Source of the DNA: Candidatus Heimdallarchaeota archaeon
Lineage (GTDB): Archaea > Asgardarchaeota > Heimdallarchaeia > Heimdallarchaeales > Heimdallarchaeaceae
Direction of reading: 5' to 3'
Assembly (NCBI GenBank): GCA_030668825.1
Contig: DAOVET010000036.1
Location: 1 to 23,092 of the forward strand
Length of the DNA stretch: 23,092 bases
How positions within the stretch are numbered: the stretch's first letter is position 1; each line of letters begins with the position of its first letter. This document shows, piece by piece, positions 1 through 8,747 of the stretch. A model generated the notes under the pieces. The model saw only the letters and a list, made by a program, of their open reading frames with translations. It was not told the origin of the DNA and searched no databases. A program made the translations under genes and the position numbers.

Positions 1-569
1 CCAGAAAGTTTAATGAAATTAGCAAGAATGCCTTCTAGTTGTGCAAGATGGATAGAATCGCTTAAATCAACACTGAAATCGGTTATACCTGAAGAATAAA
101 CAACTATGGTACCATAAGACAAGTCTATTTTATGAGGAGCTAAAGTGGCAGGGTTTAGTGCATGAAAAAGAGAAGGAGAAAAGAGAGCTGTAAGATGAAC
201 CCTATCAACTTCAAGACCATAGCGAGAAAGGTCAGAAATGGTTAGATGGTCAGAGGGGGATGCCCCATAACCATTTTCTGTTTCTAAATTAGTTTTTTGG
301 GTTTTTAAACCTTCTACAAGCAGTTTTCTAAAGTGTGTTATGATTTTATTAAGGTTATCTTCTCGTGAATGGTCATTTAGATGCTGAGATAGAATCTTAT
401 GAGCTTCTTTACATTCTTTAAATGTTTCAAAAGCTTTGAGTATTCTTTTTTTAGTTATCTCAAATGTGCACCTACAATAAACACATTTCTTTCTAATACG
501 TTGCTTAGCTGATACATGCTCGTAAGCATGGAGAGACTTACATTTAGGACAGAGAAGGAGATAAAACAA
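1..569 (-). CDS. Zn-ribbon (DUF1922-like N-terminus) hypothetical protein, 3'-truncated by the window edge; missing from the ORF track
   Basis: Manual translation from TTG at 569 gives MFYLLLCPKCKSLHAYEHVSAKQRIRKKCVYCRCTFEITKKRILKAFETFKECKEAHKIL... and stays open to position 1. It has two CxxC pairs and an SD-like GAGGGGG just upstream. The start directly abuts the TAA of the upstream ORF. Confidence 0.75.
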   Translation of the reverse strand, partial: MFYLLLCPKCKSLHAYEHVSAKQRIRKKCVYCRCTFEITKKRILKAFETFKECKEAHKILSQHLNDHSREDNLNKIITHFRKLLVEGLKTQKTNLETENGYGASPSDHLTISDLSRYGLEVDRVHLTALFSPSLFHALNPATLAPHKIDLSYGTIVVYSSGITDFSVDLSDSIHLAQLEGILANFIKLS

Positions 570-1109
570 TTAGATAACCCCCTCTAAAAGCTTAATCATT
601 TTATCAACAGGAATGGCCACATTGTTTAATTGAACTTCTTTTCTTAATCCTTCTTTCTTGTTATAAGCTGCTAAAAGAAGATTTTGAAAAGCTTGAACAC
701 TAACATAATTAGCTCCTATTATTCTTTGGAAATCTATATCCTGATTTAAATTAAAATTGATTAACTGTATTTTGTCATGACTGCAGCTGATTTCTTTCAA
801 TTGTAAAACTGTATCAATAACAGCTATCAAAGCATTGAATTGAGAATAGTCTAAAGCTTTCTTCCAACCACTACATTTGAGATCTATCCTGATACTTCGA
901 GTATTTTTGTAAAAAGTGAATCTAATAGGATTTGAAAGATTCAAGAAAGGTACTTCTAGCTTTTCATCTTTCTTAATTAGTATGTCCCTGATCATAATCA
1001 GTATTCGATGAATGGATAAATGCTTATCAGGATTGAAAAAGGAATCTAGCTCATAAGGAATCGGTTCTTTTTGTTCAGCTGGGTTTTTAATTTTAGTCAA
1101 GAAAACCAA
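570..1109 (-). CDS. Hypothetical protein, possibly a Rep_trans-like (rolling-circle initiator-like) protein
   Basis: 179-aa ORF with the motif order H(RILI)...FNLNQD...AYNK..GLRKE, reminiscent of the D...YxK...RxE layout of Rep_trans proteins. An AGGAG SD suggests the true start may be the TTG a few codons downstream (MTKIK). The function is speculative. Confidence 0.55.
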   Translation of the reverse strand: MVFLTKIKNPAEQKEPIPYELDSFFNPDKHLSIHRILIMIRDILIKKDEKLEVPFLNLSNPIRFTFYKNTRSIRIDLKCSGWKKALDYSQFNALIAVIDTVLQLKEISCSHDKIQLINFNLNQDIDFQRIIGANYVSVQAFQNLLLAAYNKKEGLRKEVQLNNVAIPVDKMIKLLEGVI

Positions 1110-1416
1110 CTCCTACAAATTGGGGATTAATCCTAAATAGCTGTGTGAGCAAGTTGCACATGCAGATAATTACTTCCTTTTGATAAGACCTCTTCTTGTA
1201 AGGGAGTTTGGTCTTTTTTTTCTGAACAGCTTCTAGTAAGGTAGGTATGGTTGTTTCACTAGATATAGCTTTAAACAACTCTCTTAGAAGTAAAGAAAAG
1301 CGATAATCAAATTTATTGTTTAGAGGTATCTGGTTAGTGATTTTTGTAGAGTTTTCTTTATGCTGTAAATGGGGTACCCTTCTTGTAAGCTCCACCTTTT
1401 TAGAAGAGTATAGCAC
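1093..1416 (-). CDS. Small basic hypothetical protein
   Basis: 107-aa Lys-rich ORF overlapping the start of 570..1109 (operon-like coupling). No recognisable motif and the start is uncertain. Confidence 0.45.
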   Translation of the reverse strand: MLYSSKKVELTRRVPHLQHKENSTKITNQIPLNNKFDYRFSLLLRELFKAISSETTIPTLLEAVQKKKTKLPYKKRSYQKEVIICMCNLLTQLFRINPQFVGVGFLD

Positions 1417-1560
1417 CTACTCTTTAGTAGTCTAGATACATTACCCCACCTTATTAGAAAACCCCTTCTCACATAATATTCCCAGCTTACGTTAATAATA
1501 CACTCAAACTTTATTGCTTGAAAAAACAATTTTATAGCTCTACGAGTAAAATAGTAAATA

Positions 1561-1956
1561 ATGATAAAAATAGTTATCCTAGTTGGAAGCATTATTACAC
1601 TTGGATTTGCTGTCTGGCATTTTCTAGTTCCTTGGAAGTATAAGTGGTTCAGTCACATGCCTAATATCTCTAAGGATTTAGAAAATTCAATTAAAGCTAC
1701 AAATTTCTTTTTCGCTCTTTCATTATTACTATTAGGAAGTTTGTCCTTAATAGTTACAAGCTGGTTATGGGAAAATACTTTGATTGTAAGAATCGTATTA
1801 GTAATGATGTCTATACTTTGGACGGCTAGAGTTGTTTACCAAATCATTAAACCACAAGGAAAAATGATTCAGCACGTTTCCACAATAATGTTAGGAACTT
1901 ATATCATAACAGATTTGTTGTTCGTTATCCCAATGTTCATTGTATTCTTCAAATAA
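1561..1956 (+). CDS. Small membrane protein (~4 TM)
   Basis: 131 aa with four hydrophobic stretches (GFAVWHFLVPW...WTARVVYQ). Confidence 0.8.
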   Translation: MIKIVILVGSIITLGFAVWHFLVPWKYKWFSHMPNISKDLENSIKATNFFFALSLLLLGSLSLIVTSWLWENTLIVRIVLVMMSILWTARVVYQIIKPQGKMIQHVSTIMLGTYIITDLLFVIPMFIVFFK

Positions 1957-2009
1957 TTTAGAAATATTAATATAGAAAGCAAGGTGTTAGAAATAATAGA
2001 GATGATATT

Positions 2010-2390
2010 ATGCCTCGTCCAGCAGCTTTCTTAGGCGGAGCTTTAACAGCTATAGGTATTTTTGGTGTGATTATTTCGATAGTCCAGTTAACTGATAAGT
2101 ATTGGTGGCTACTGTTTTATCTTGGTATAGGGATAATTGGTGGTTTCTCCCTTGGATCAGTTTCAGCATCTTTCAAGGAACAAGAAAAGAATGCTTATTT
2201 GACACTAACCGGATTTATGCTAGCAGCATTAATTTTGCTAACTGTTTTTCTAGGGATATGGCAAAACAGTAATCCTGCTTTAAACACTGTTTTAGGCGGT
2301 ATTTGGGTAATTATCATTGCTGCAGCTTCAGGTTTAATCACATTTATTGGAACGACTTTAATGTCAGTTGGCGAAGGTTTCAAAAGGTAA
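2010..2390 (+). CDS. Small Gly-rich membrane protein (~4 TM)
   Basis: 126 aa with four hydrophobic segments; GAGATGA SD-like sequence upstream. Confidence 0.8.
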   Translation: MPRPAAFLGGALTAIGIFGVIISIVQLTDKYWWLLFYLGIGIIGGFSLGSVSASFKEQEKNAYLTLTGFMLAALILLTVFLGIWQNSNPALNTVLGGIWVIIIAAASGLITFIGTTLMSVGEGFKR

Positions 2391-2478
2391 TTTTCTCGTT
2401 AACACTTCCACAATCTTTTTTTTCCCATAAGACTTAATATCTTCTAAGTAGCTATAATATTAAAAAAAAAAGAGAACG

Positions 2479-3633
2479 ATGTTTATGAAAAATATAAAAT
2501 TCTTTCATCTTGGACAATTTTTCGGTAAAAGAGCCTTTATTGCGACACTTCTCGGTGCTGGACTTGCCGTTGTAACAGAATACGTTCTTCCAAAGTTCGG
2601 AATTCTTGCTATACCCGCTATTCAATCCTGGATTACCCCCGCAACCATAACATTCACTCTTGCAGTAATAATCATATTTAGTGCAATTGCGAAAAACTTA
2701 GTAGCATCCATTTTTATAGGAACAGCAGCAATTCTTTCGTTTTATAGTCCTTATACAGCAGGAATTTACGATTATGGCTTTTGGTCAATTGTAATAATTT
2801 ACCTAGTCACCGCATTTTTCTCAGGATTATTTGCAGCAATAGAGATGTCTGGAAGAACAGCTTTGTTAGTTGTTGGAATTGTATATGGGATACAAGGATT
2901 CATTGGTGCAGGAACTAGCATGTTCCTTGGTTTAACTAATATGCATTTACCGTTTCACGATAATTATCTTGGAATTGCATATGGTGAGATGATTGGTTCA
3001 TTCCCATTGTATGATGTGATAGTAGGAGGATTTTCATTTCTCTTCATGTTAGTTTTCATCATTCTTTCTCGTAGAAGATATTCAATTGATGTTGATAACA
3101 AAAAGCGTGAAATAATTGGTCAAATCATAATATTTCTTGCAATAGTTGGGGCAATAGTTTTCATAGTATTGTCAAACGTTATGTTTGATCAGACTTCTGC
3201 AGAGTTAATTTTTGGTGATAAAAATACTAAATTTATGAATCTTCTTTTTGCTAAGAATCTTACAGGCGGATTTATGGCGATTAGATTGCTTAATGTATTC
3301 TATATTCTACCCATTGTAGGTTTTGCTATTGGAATTGGAATGCTTTTCATTATACATGGAAGAGCAGAAGGTACAACCGGTCACTTTAGAATGAATTTTG
3401 AAGGACCTTTATTACTCCTCAATGTTGTCCCATTCTTAATAATTGCATTCTACAGTTATCCTGTTCAAAGATTCTTTGCAGGAGATGCTCCAGTAACACA
3501 TTTCTACCTTGAGATGCCTGCTTGGTTTACACTATTCACCGAATATACAAGTCTATTACTCATAAATCTCTTAGTTGCATACATAATTTTCAAAATAATT
3601 TCTTTAATTAGAAATTTGATTCAGAAGAGATGA
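2479..3633 (+). CDS. Polytopic membrane protein (~10 TM), function unknown
   Basis: 384 aa, mostly hydrophobic helices. No transporter signature recognised. Confidence 0.8.
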   Translation: MFMKNIKFFHLGQFFGKRAFIATLLGAGLAVVTEYVLPKFGILAIPAIQSWITPATITFTLAVIIIFSAIAKNLVASIFIGTAAILSFYSPYTAGIYDYGFWSIVIIYLVTAFFSGLFAAIEMSGRTALLVVGIVYGIQGFIGAGTSMFLGLTNMHLPFHDNYLGIAYGEMIGSFPLYDVIVGGFSFLFMLVFIILSRRRYSIDVDNKKREIIGQIIIFLAIVGAIVFIVLSNVMFDQTSAELIFGDKNTKFMNLLFAKNLTGGFMAIRLLNVFYILPIVGFAIGIGMLFIIHGRAEGTTGHFRMNFEGPLLLLNVVPFLIIAFYSYPVQRFFAGDAPVTHFYLEMPAWFTLFTEYTSLLLINLLVAYIIFKIISLIRNLIQKR

Positions 3634-3660
3634 CCAATTCATTTCTTTCCTTTCTCTTTT

Positions 3661-4908
3661 TCAAGTAACGATAAACTCATGACCATCATATGAAGCTGTT
3701 TGGTCTCCGCTATTTCTCTGTATTAATCTTTCTTTCATTTTGGGATTGAGACCAAATAAGTAAGATCTTCCTTTTTGACCTTTTAGAACGACTATGTTTT
3801 TCTCTTTTAGTCGTTTAAGAAAGCTCTTAGTTCCCATATATTTACTTCGGTATTCTGAGGAAGGTAATTCTCCATAAAGATAAAGAGTTATTTCCTTTGC
3901 AGAAGCATCTTTATGAATAAGATACTCACACACTTGTCTTTCTCTATGTGGCAAGTTATTCAAGACTTGTTGGTATAAAAATTTCTCATGGTCATCCAAA
4001 CCATCTTGCACGGTAGAACGGGAGAAAAGATTTATTACATTAACAACATCTTCAAAGCTTACACTTTTCGAACCTTTTTTCTGGGAATACGAGTAAGCGT
4101 CAGATAGAATAGAAATTAAAATCCATGGATTTCCTTTTGATTTGTTCCATGCTTCCTCTATTGCCAACTCTGAAAAGACTTCCGTCACTCTAAAGGAAGA
4201 TTGATTTAATGCATAACACATCCGAGAATGAATTAATTCTTTCGCTTCCTGAAGTGACATTTCAGAAACTCTAATCGAATATGTAAAATGATCCCATCCA
4301 CCTTTTCTTAAGCCGTTTAAACTTATTGGCATATCACCGAGATTGAAAGATATAACACAAGAAAAGTTTTCTCTTAGTAATTTTAGTATTTTAGCTGAAT
4401 ATTGGGAGATAGCAAAAAGATTGTCTCCTGCAAAATTATCAAGCAAAACTACAAGTAGTGAGTTTGTACTCATAACATATTTTTTTAACTCTACTATTAT
4501 TTGCTCTTTTGTGGAGTAATATTTTCCAAGTACTTGATCGGCAATATTTTGAAGAAAATTAGTGAGAGTATATTCTTTGAACTCATCGGAAGTGAAGTTC
4601 ACAATGAATATTTTATCAAAATCTGCATACTTCCAAAGAGATTCTTTTAACCCATCTTTTAACAAATTCATCAGATAAGATTTTCCTGATTTAATATCCC
4701 CAATTATAGAACAAACAGATTTACCATTTTTTATTATTTGTACTAGACGTGCAACTTGAATGTTGAGTTTTTCTGATGATATATACAACTCTGGAAGAGG
4801 GTCCATTGTCCAAGGATCACGTCTAAACTCCTGATCCTGAACATTGAAATTCTCATCTGTTATATATTGTGAAATTTTGAACACTCTATCTAGCAGGTTT
4901 TCTAACAA
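3661..4908 (-). CDS. AAA+ family ATPase (ExeA/GspA- or archaeal ATPase-like) with C-terminal winged-helix domain
   Basis: N-terminal FRRDPWTMDP (like the ExeA FxxxPF motif), Walker A GDIKSGKS, Walker B-like VVLLDN, SKGNPW motif, and C-terminal wHTH-like LPHRERQVCEYL...SAKEI...FLKRLKEKNIV...GRSYLFGL. Confidence 0.75.
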   Translation of the reverse strand: MLENLLDRVFKISQYITDENFNVQDQEFRRDPWTMDPLPELYISSEKLNIQVARLVQIIKNGKSVCSIIGDIKSGKSYLMNLLKDGLKESLWKYADFDKIFIVNFTSDEFKEYTLTNFLQNIADQVLGKYYSTKEQIIVELKKYVMSTNSLLVVLLDNFAGDNLFAISQYSAKILKLLRENFSCVISFNLGDMPISLNGLRKGGWDHFTYSIRVSEMSLQEAKELIHSRMCYALNQSSFRVTEVFSELAIEEAWNKSKGNPWILISILSDAYSYSQKKGSKSVSFEDVVNVINLFSRSTVQDGLDDHEKFLYQQVLNNLPHRERQVCEYLIHKDASAKEITLYLYGELPSSEYRSKYMGTKSFLKRLKEKNIVVLKGQKGRSYLFGLNPKMKERLIQRNSGDQTASYDGHEFIVT

Positions 4909-4987
4909 TGTATCCCCATTGAGTATTCACGAATTTTCTATATATACTTTATTAATAAGGAAATGGGGAAAACACTAGTTTAAACCC

Positions 4988-6118
4988 GTGGATTTAATCG
5001 GAAAAGATATTAAGCTAGTTATTGATTTATCACGAAAATCAATGTACTTTTCATCAGCACCTGCTAGAATTTGCTTGTTTGGAGAACATCAAGATTACTT
5101 GGAATTGAAAGTTATTCCCGTTGCTATTAATTTACGCCTTCAAATAACTTCACAAAAAGTAAGCGGAAATGTAATTGAGGCACACAGTCAAGATTTGAGT
5201 GAAACAACCCAAATTAGAATGAATATCAAATATTTAGAAGCAGAAAAAGGTTCTCTAGCTTCATATCTAGAAGCTGGAATCCTTGCTCTGAAAAAGCTCA
5301 AACAAGATATTGTCATTCCTCCATTAAATGTAGAAGTAAGAAGTCAAATTCCTATTGCAAGCGGTCTTTCGAGTTCAGCAGCTCTTCTAGTTGGATGGAT
5401 AAAACATTTGGCTGGGATATTAGAGTTAAATTTGGATGAAAGAACAATCGCTGAGTTAGCTTATAATGCGGAACATAATTTCTTAAAAATCCCATGTGGA
5501 AGAATGGATCAATATGCTTCATCATTTGGGGGAATCTTTAGCTTAGCATGTAAAGAAAAACCTACCTTAAACAGATTAAAGTATCCAAATCTAGGTCTGA
5601 TTGTAGTAAATAGTCAAATCCCCAAATTAACTAGCAATGTTCATGGGGAAAAAGTTGCAAAGATTAAGCAAGTTGTTGATAATTTCAAAAAAATGTGTAA
5701 TAAGAAACTAGAAGACATTACTACAGATTTTCTTCAAGAATCAAAAGAAAAAATAAAATCAAATGAGTTCAAAATACTGAAGGGTGTTGTTTCAATAAAA
5801 GAGAATACTTCAATAGCAGAAAAAGAATTATCGAAACCAACTCCTGATTTAGAGCTACTTGGTCAGCTTCTAACTACACAACATAAGTTTCTGAAAAACA
5901 ATATACAGGTTTCTCTACCATTATTAGATAAAATCGTTGAAAAGGGAATAAAAAATGGTGCTTTGGGAGGAAAATTAACTGGAGCAGGATTAGGAGGAAG
6001 TGTAGTTCTTCTCACTGAGGAAGCAAATGAAAAAATTGTTGAAAAGATTAGAAATAATTTGAAACTTCCCGCATATTCAGTGAGAATAGATAAGGGAGCT
6101 ATTTTTGAAGTAGTTTAA
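4988..6118 (+). CDS. galK: GHMP kinase, galactokinase family (probable start at ATG 5042)
   Basis: SAPARICLFGEHQDY (GalK signature), PIASGLSSSAA (ATP-binding), GRMDQ and GKLTGAGLGG motifs. The exact sugar substrate is not determinable. Confidence 0.75.
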   Translation: MDLIGKDIKLVIDLSRKSMYFSSAPARICLFGEHQDYLELKVIPVAINLRLQITSQKVSGNVIEAHSQDLSETTQIRMNIKYLEAEKGSLASYLEAGILALKKLKQDIVIPPLNVEVRSQIPIASGLSSSAALLVGWIKHLAGILELNLDERTIAELAYNAEHNFLKIPCGRMDQYASSFGGIFSLACKEKPTLNRLKYPNLGLIVVNSQIPKLTSNVHGEKVAKIKQVVDNFKKMCNKKLEDITTDFLQESKEKIKSNEFKILKGVVSIKENTSIAEKELSKPTPDLELLGQLLTTQHKFLKNNIQVSLPLLDKIVEKGIKNGALGGKLTGAGLGGSVVLLTEEANEKIVEKIRNNLKLPAYSVRIDKGAIFEVV

Positions 6119-6129
6119 TAAAAAGAATC

Positions 6130-6987
6130 TTAGATTTCATAGTGCAGAATGGTTTGTGCTACTTTAACAGCTTCCAACGTAGGCTTTACATCGTGAGTTC
6201 TAATGATGTGTGCGCCATTTACAAGAGCGATTATAGTTGCACCCAACGTCCCAAAAAGCCTTTGATCAGGAGGTGCATCATTTAGTACTTTGCCAATTGA
6301 TGTTTTTCTACTTATACCAACATAAACAGGTTTGTTTAGTATCCTGAATTCTTCTAAATTCTTAATAATTACATAATCATGCTGGTAATCTCTAGCTTCC
6401 CAGCTACCTATACCAGGATCAATTGCGATTTTTGTCTCATCAATACCGTATTTATTACCTATTGCAATACTTTTTCTTAGTTCAGCGATGATATCATTAA
6501 TTAGATATACATCTCCTGGCTCATTTCTAGCTGCCATAACAACAGCTGTTCCATCAAAATCAGCTATACATTTAGCTATTTTTTCTTCTTTCTTAAAACC
6601 AGAAATATCGTTTATGATGTTAACTCCCTTATTCAATGAATGTTCAGCAACTGCTGAACGTTGAGTATCAACTGAAATTTCAATATTCTTGTAACTACTA
6701 AGAACATCCAGTGTTATTTCCAATGTTTCCTTTATAATTTGAAGTTCTGTTATTTCATCTACTCTACCTTCACCACCATAGATCTGAATAGGTCTAGTAG
6801 ATTGAGCGCCTAAATCGATGCCATGCACACCTTCGTTTATCATGTTGGTAACCATTTTTTCTAAATCATCTGATGAAGAAACTATCGATCCTAAATAGAA
6901 TGATGCCTCTGATAGATTAACTACCCCAACAATTTTTGCAGGATGTTTATCTCCAACTAATAATTTACCCAAAAATCCTTCAATCAT
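6130..6987 (-). CDS. folP: Dihydropteroate synthase
   Basis: GVVNLSEASFY, DLGAQSTRP, ISVDT, IINDISG, DPGIG, GISRK and IIRTHDV: the full DHPS motif set. Confidence 0.92.
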   Translation of the reverse strand: MIEGFLGKLLVGDKHPAKIVGVVNLSEASFYLGSIVSSSDDLEKMVTNMINEGVHGIDLGAQSTRPIQIYGGEGRVDEITELQIIKETLEITLDVLSSYKNIEISVDTQRSAVAEHSLNKGVNIINDISGFKKEEKIAKCIADFDGTAVVMAARNEPGDVYLINDIIAELRKSIAIGNKYGIDETKIAIDPGIGSWEARDYQHDYVIIKNLEEFRILNKPVYVGISRKTSIGKVLNDAPPDQRLFGTLGATIIALVNGAHIIRTHDVKPTLEAVKVAQTILHYEI

Positions 6988-6999
6988 AGCAACATCTCT

Positions 7000-7788
7000 T
7001 TATTCATTTATTTTGTTAACATAAGGTCCGATAAACATACATTCTTCAGGAGAGATAAGAGTGTTGAGATCCGTTTCTTCATCTTTGGATATTCTTATCA
7101 TCGGAAAACCTCTGATAATTGCAAAAGGGATCATTTCATCTGTTTCTCCCATTACAATTTCTGCAGCTGTTGCTAGTTGATCAGCTATTGCTCTAACTGT
7201 AATATGCATGGGTCTTCCAAAGAGATCATTTTTTCCTCTCTCATCAAGAATTGATAAAAAACCATAAGTAGCTAATGCGCAACCCACTGTCCCTAATCTC
7301 AAAGGTGTAGTTCTTGAATCAGCTATGATAATCCCAACATACTTTTTCATTTTTTCAAAAATTCGTTTGTGAATATTCTCTGCTGATTTCTTACAATTTC
7401 TTGGCAAAAGGATTATCTTCTCTTTTCCAGAATTAGATTGATCTGCTCCAGCATTTGCTAACAGACCATACTTATTAAATGTAGTAATTGCTCCAGGAAC
7501 AACCCCTGAATAATTACTATTAGATTCATCTAAGATAACTTGAGCAAATTCCGGTTCCATATGGGCATTCTTAGCAAGTTCAATCGCTTCTCTAGATGGT
7601 TCAATAGATGAGTATGACACGATACAAGCTTCGACAACTGCAACTACTTTACTTGCAATGACAAGAATATCATCATCTTTGAATTCTATTTCACTTACTC
7701 CAAGTGACTCCTCAAGAATAGAAAGTAAATCATCACTTTCTTCCACTAATTTGTAGGAGGGTATAGGTATAATCTCCATATTTGGCAT
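7000..7788 (-). CDS. cofE: CofE-family gamma-glutamyl ligase (F420-0:L-glutamate ligase or FolC2-type folate glutamylase)
   Basis: DDILVIASKVVA, ANAGADQSN, GIIIADS, PLRLGTVG, DERGKNDLFGR, ADQLA, GETDEMIP. It lies 12 bp upstream of folP. Confidence 0.85.
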   Translation of the reverse strand: MPNMEIIPIPSYKLVEESDDLLSILEESLGVSEIEFKDDDILVIASKVVAVVEACIVSYSSIEPSREAIELAKNAHMEPEFAQVILDESNSNYSGVVPGAITTFNKYGLLANAGADQSNSGKEKIILLPRNCKKSAENIHKRIFEKMKKYVGIIIADSRTTPLRLGTVGCALATYGFLSILDERGKNDLFGRPMHITVRAIADQLATAAEIVMGETDEMIPFAIIRGFPMIRISKDEETDLNTLISPEECMFIGPYVNKINE

Positions 7789-7859
7789 TATGTTACTATG
7801 AATTATATCCTTAAAAAAATTCTTCGGCTGATGTTAGTTTTTAATTAAGATTCTGGAAT

Positions 7860-8699
7860 TTAAGCCAGAAAAGCTACTAGTAACCACGAGATTGCTATGA
7901 TAATTACAGCAACCACATTCAGAACAGCATATAGATTGGATGTTTCTTCATTGTAAATGTGATTAACATCTCTTACTATTTCATTCAGCTTTGAATCAAT
8001 AGATTCGAGAATGTCTTTACCTTCTCCTCCTTCAGTAAACTGTTCAGTTGATGTGCTTAAAACATCAATGAATCCATGTAACATTTTTTTGTCAACCTCA
8101 AGCATAGTAGGTGATGTAATTGTGTGTAGTTTTTCGTGTAGACGTTTAACTTCTTCTAAAGATAACTGTGGTATTTCCCATTTTATGTCAAATTCAACTA
8201 AATTTGCAAGATGAGTTGTTAAATCATCATAATATATTCCAAAAGGTATAGCTTTGTAATCTAATTCATTAACCAATCTAAAGAATTTAATCTCCAAGTC
8301 CTCTTGTTTAGATGAGTTATAATATTTTGAAGGGTCAACAACCAAAGCTACAGCTTGAGAGAATAGGTTTTGATAGGTTCTTTGAGTCCCTTTATCTGTT
8401 CCTGAGAGGAAGCAACCATATGAAGGATGTGTATGAGCCCAGCCAACGATGGTTTCATCCTTATCCCTTTTATGCAAATCTTCAACAATTTGAACCAGAG
8501 CTTCATCACTAAGAACTACATATGTTGATGTTTGTTCTTGTCTTCCAGTATCAAAATCAGTTATTACTAATGTTCCCTCATCATTAACATAACCTAACAA
8601 TAAACCCGCTGATTCTTTTGATTTATCTAACGAATCAACGGCTAGCATCTTAGCTAAAACATATGCAGAAATTAGAATCTCCTTTTTTGAGTGAGTCAT
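7860..8699 (-). CDS. JAMM/MPN+ (Rpn11/CSN5-like) metalloprotease with C-terminal coiled segment and single terminal TM helix
   Basis: ESAGLLLG...IVGWAHTHPSYGCFLSGTD...ALVVDP gives an intact E-x(n)-HxH-x7-S-x2-D motif. The protein ends in NLYAVLNVVAVIIIAISWLLVAFLA. Confidence 0.88.
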   Translation of the reverse strand: MTHSKKEILISAYVLAKMLAVDSLDKSKESAGLLLGYVNDEGTLVITDFDTGRQEQTSTYVVLSDEALVQIVEDLHKRDKDETIVGWAHTHPSYGCFLSGTDKGTQRTYQNLFSQAVALVVDPSKYYNSSKQEDLEIKFFRLVNELDYKAIPFGIYYDDLTTHLANLVEFDIKWEIPQLSLEEVKRLHEKLHTITSPTMLEVDKKMLHGFIDVLSTSTEQFTEGGEGKDILESIDSKLNEIVRDVNHIYNEETSNLYAVLNVVAVIIIAISWLLVAFLA

Positions 8700-8747
8700 C
8701 TCTCAAATATCCAATTTTTTCGTCTATAAAATATTTACCCTTCCCTT

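Larger units (their letters stand above)
1..1430 (-). mobile_element. Possible terminal part of an integrated plasmid or provirus-like element
   Basis: Three tightly coupled, co-oriented orphan ORFs including a Zn-ribbon and a Rep-like motif set. No integrase, att site or tRNA is visible in the window. Confidence 0.3.

Noticed and set aside
1417-1560. tRNA or att site at the putative element boundary
   Set aside because: No cloverleaf, T-loop (GTTCRA) or direct repeat is recognisable.
1320-1592. 90-aa minus-strand ORF
   Set aside because: It spans the divergent intergenic region, overlaps two better ORFs and has no motif.
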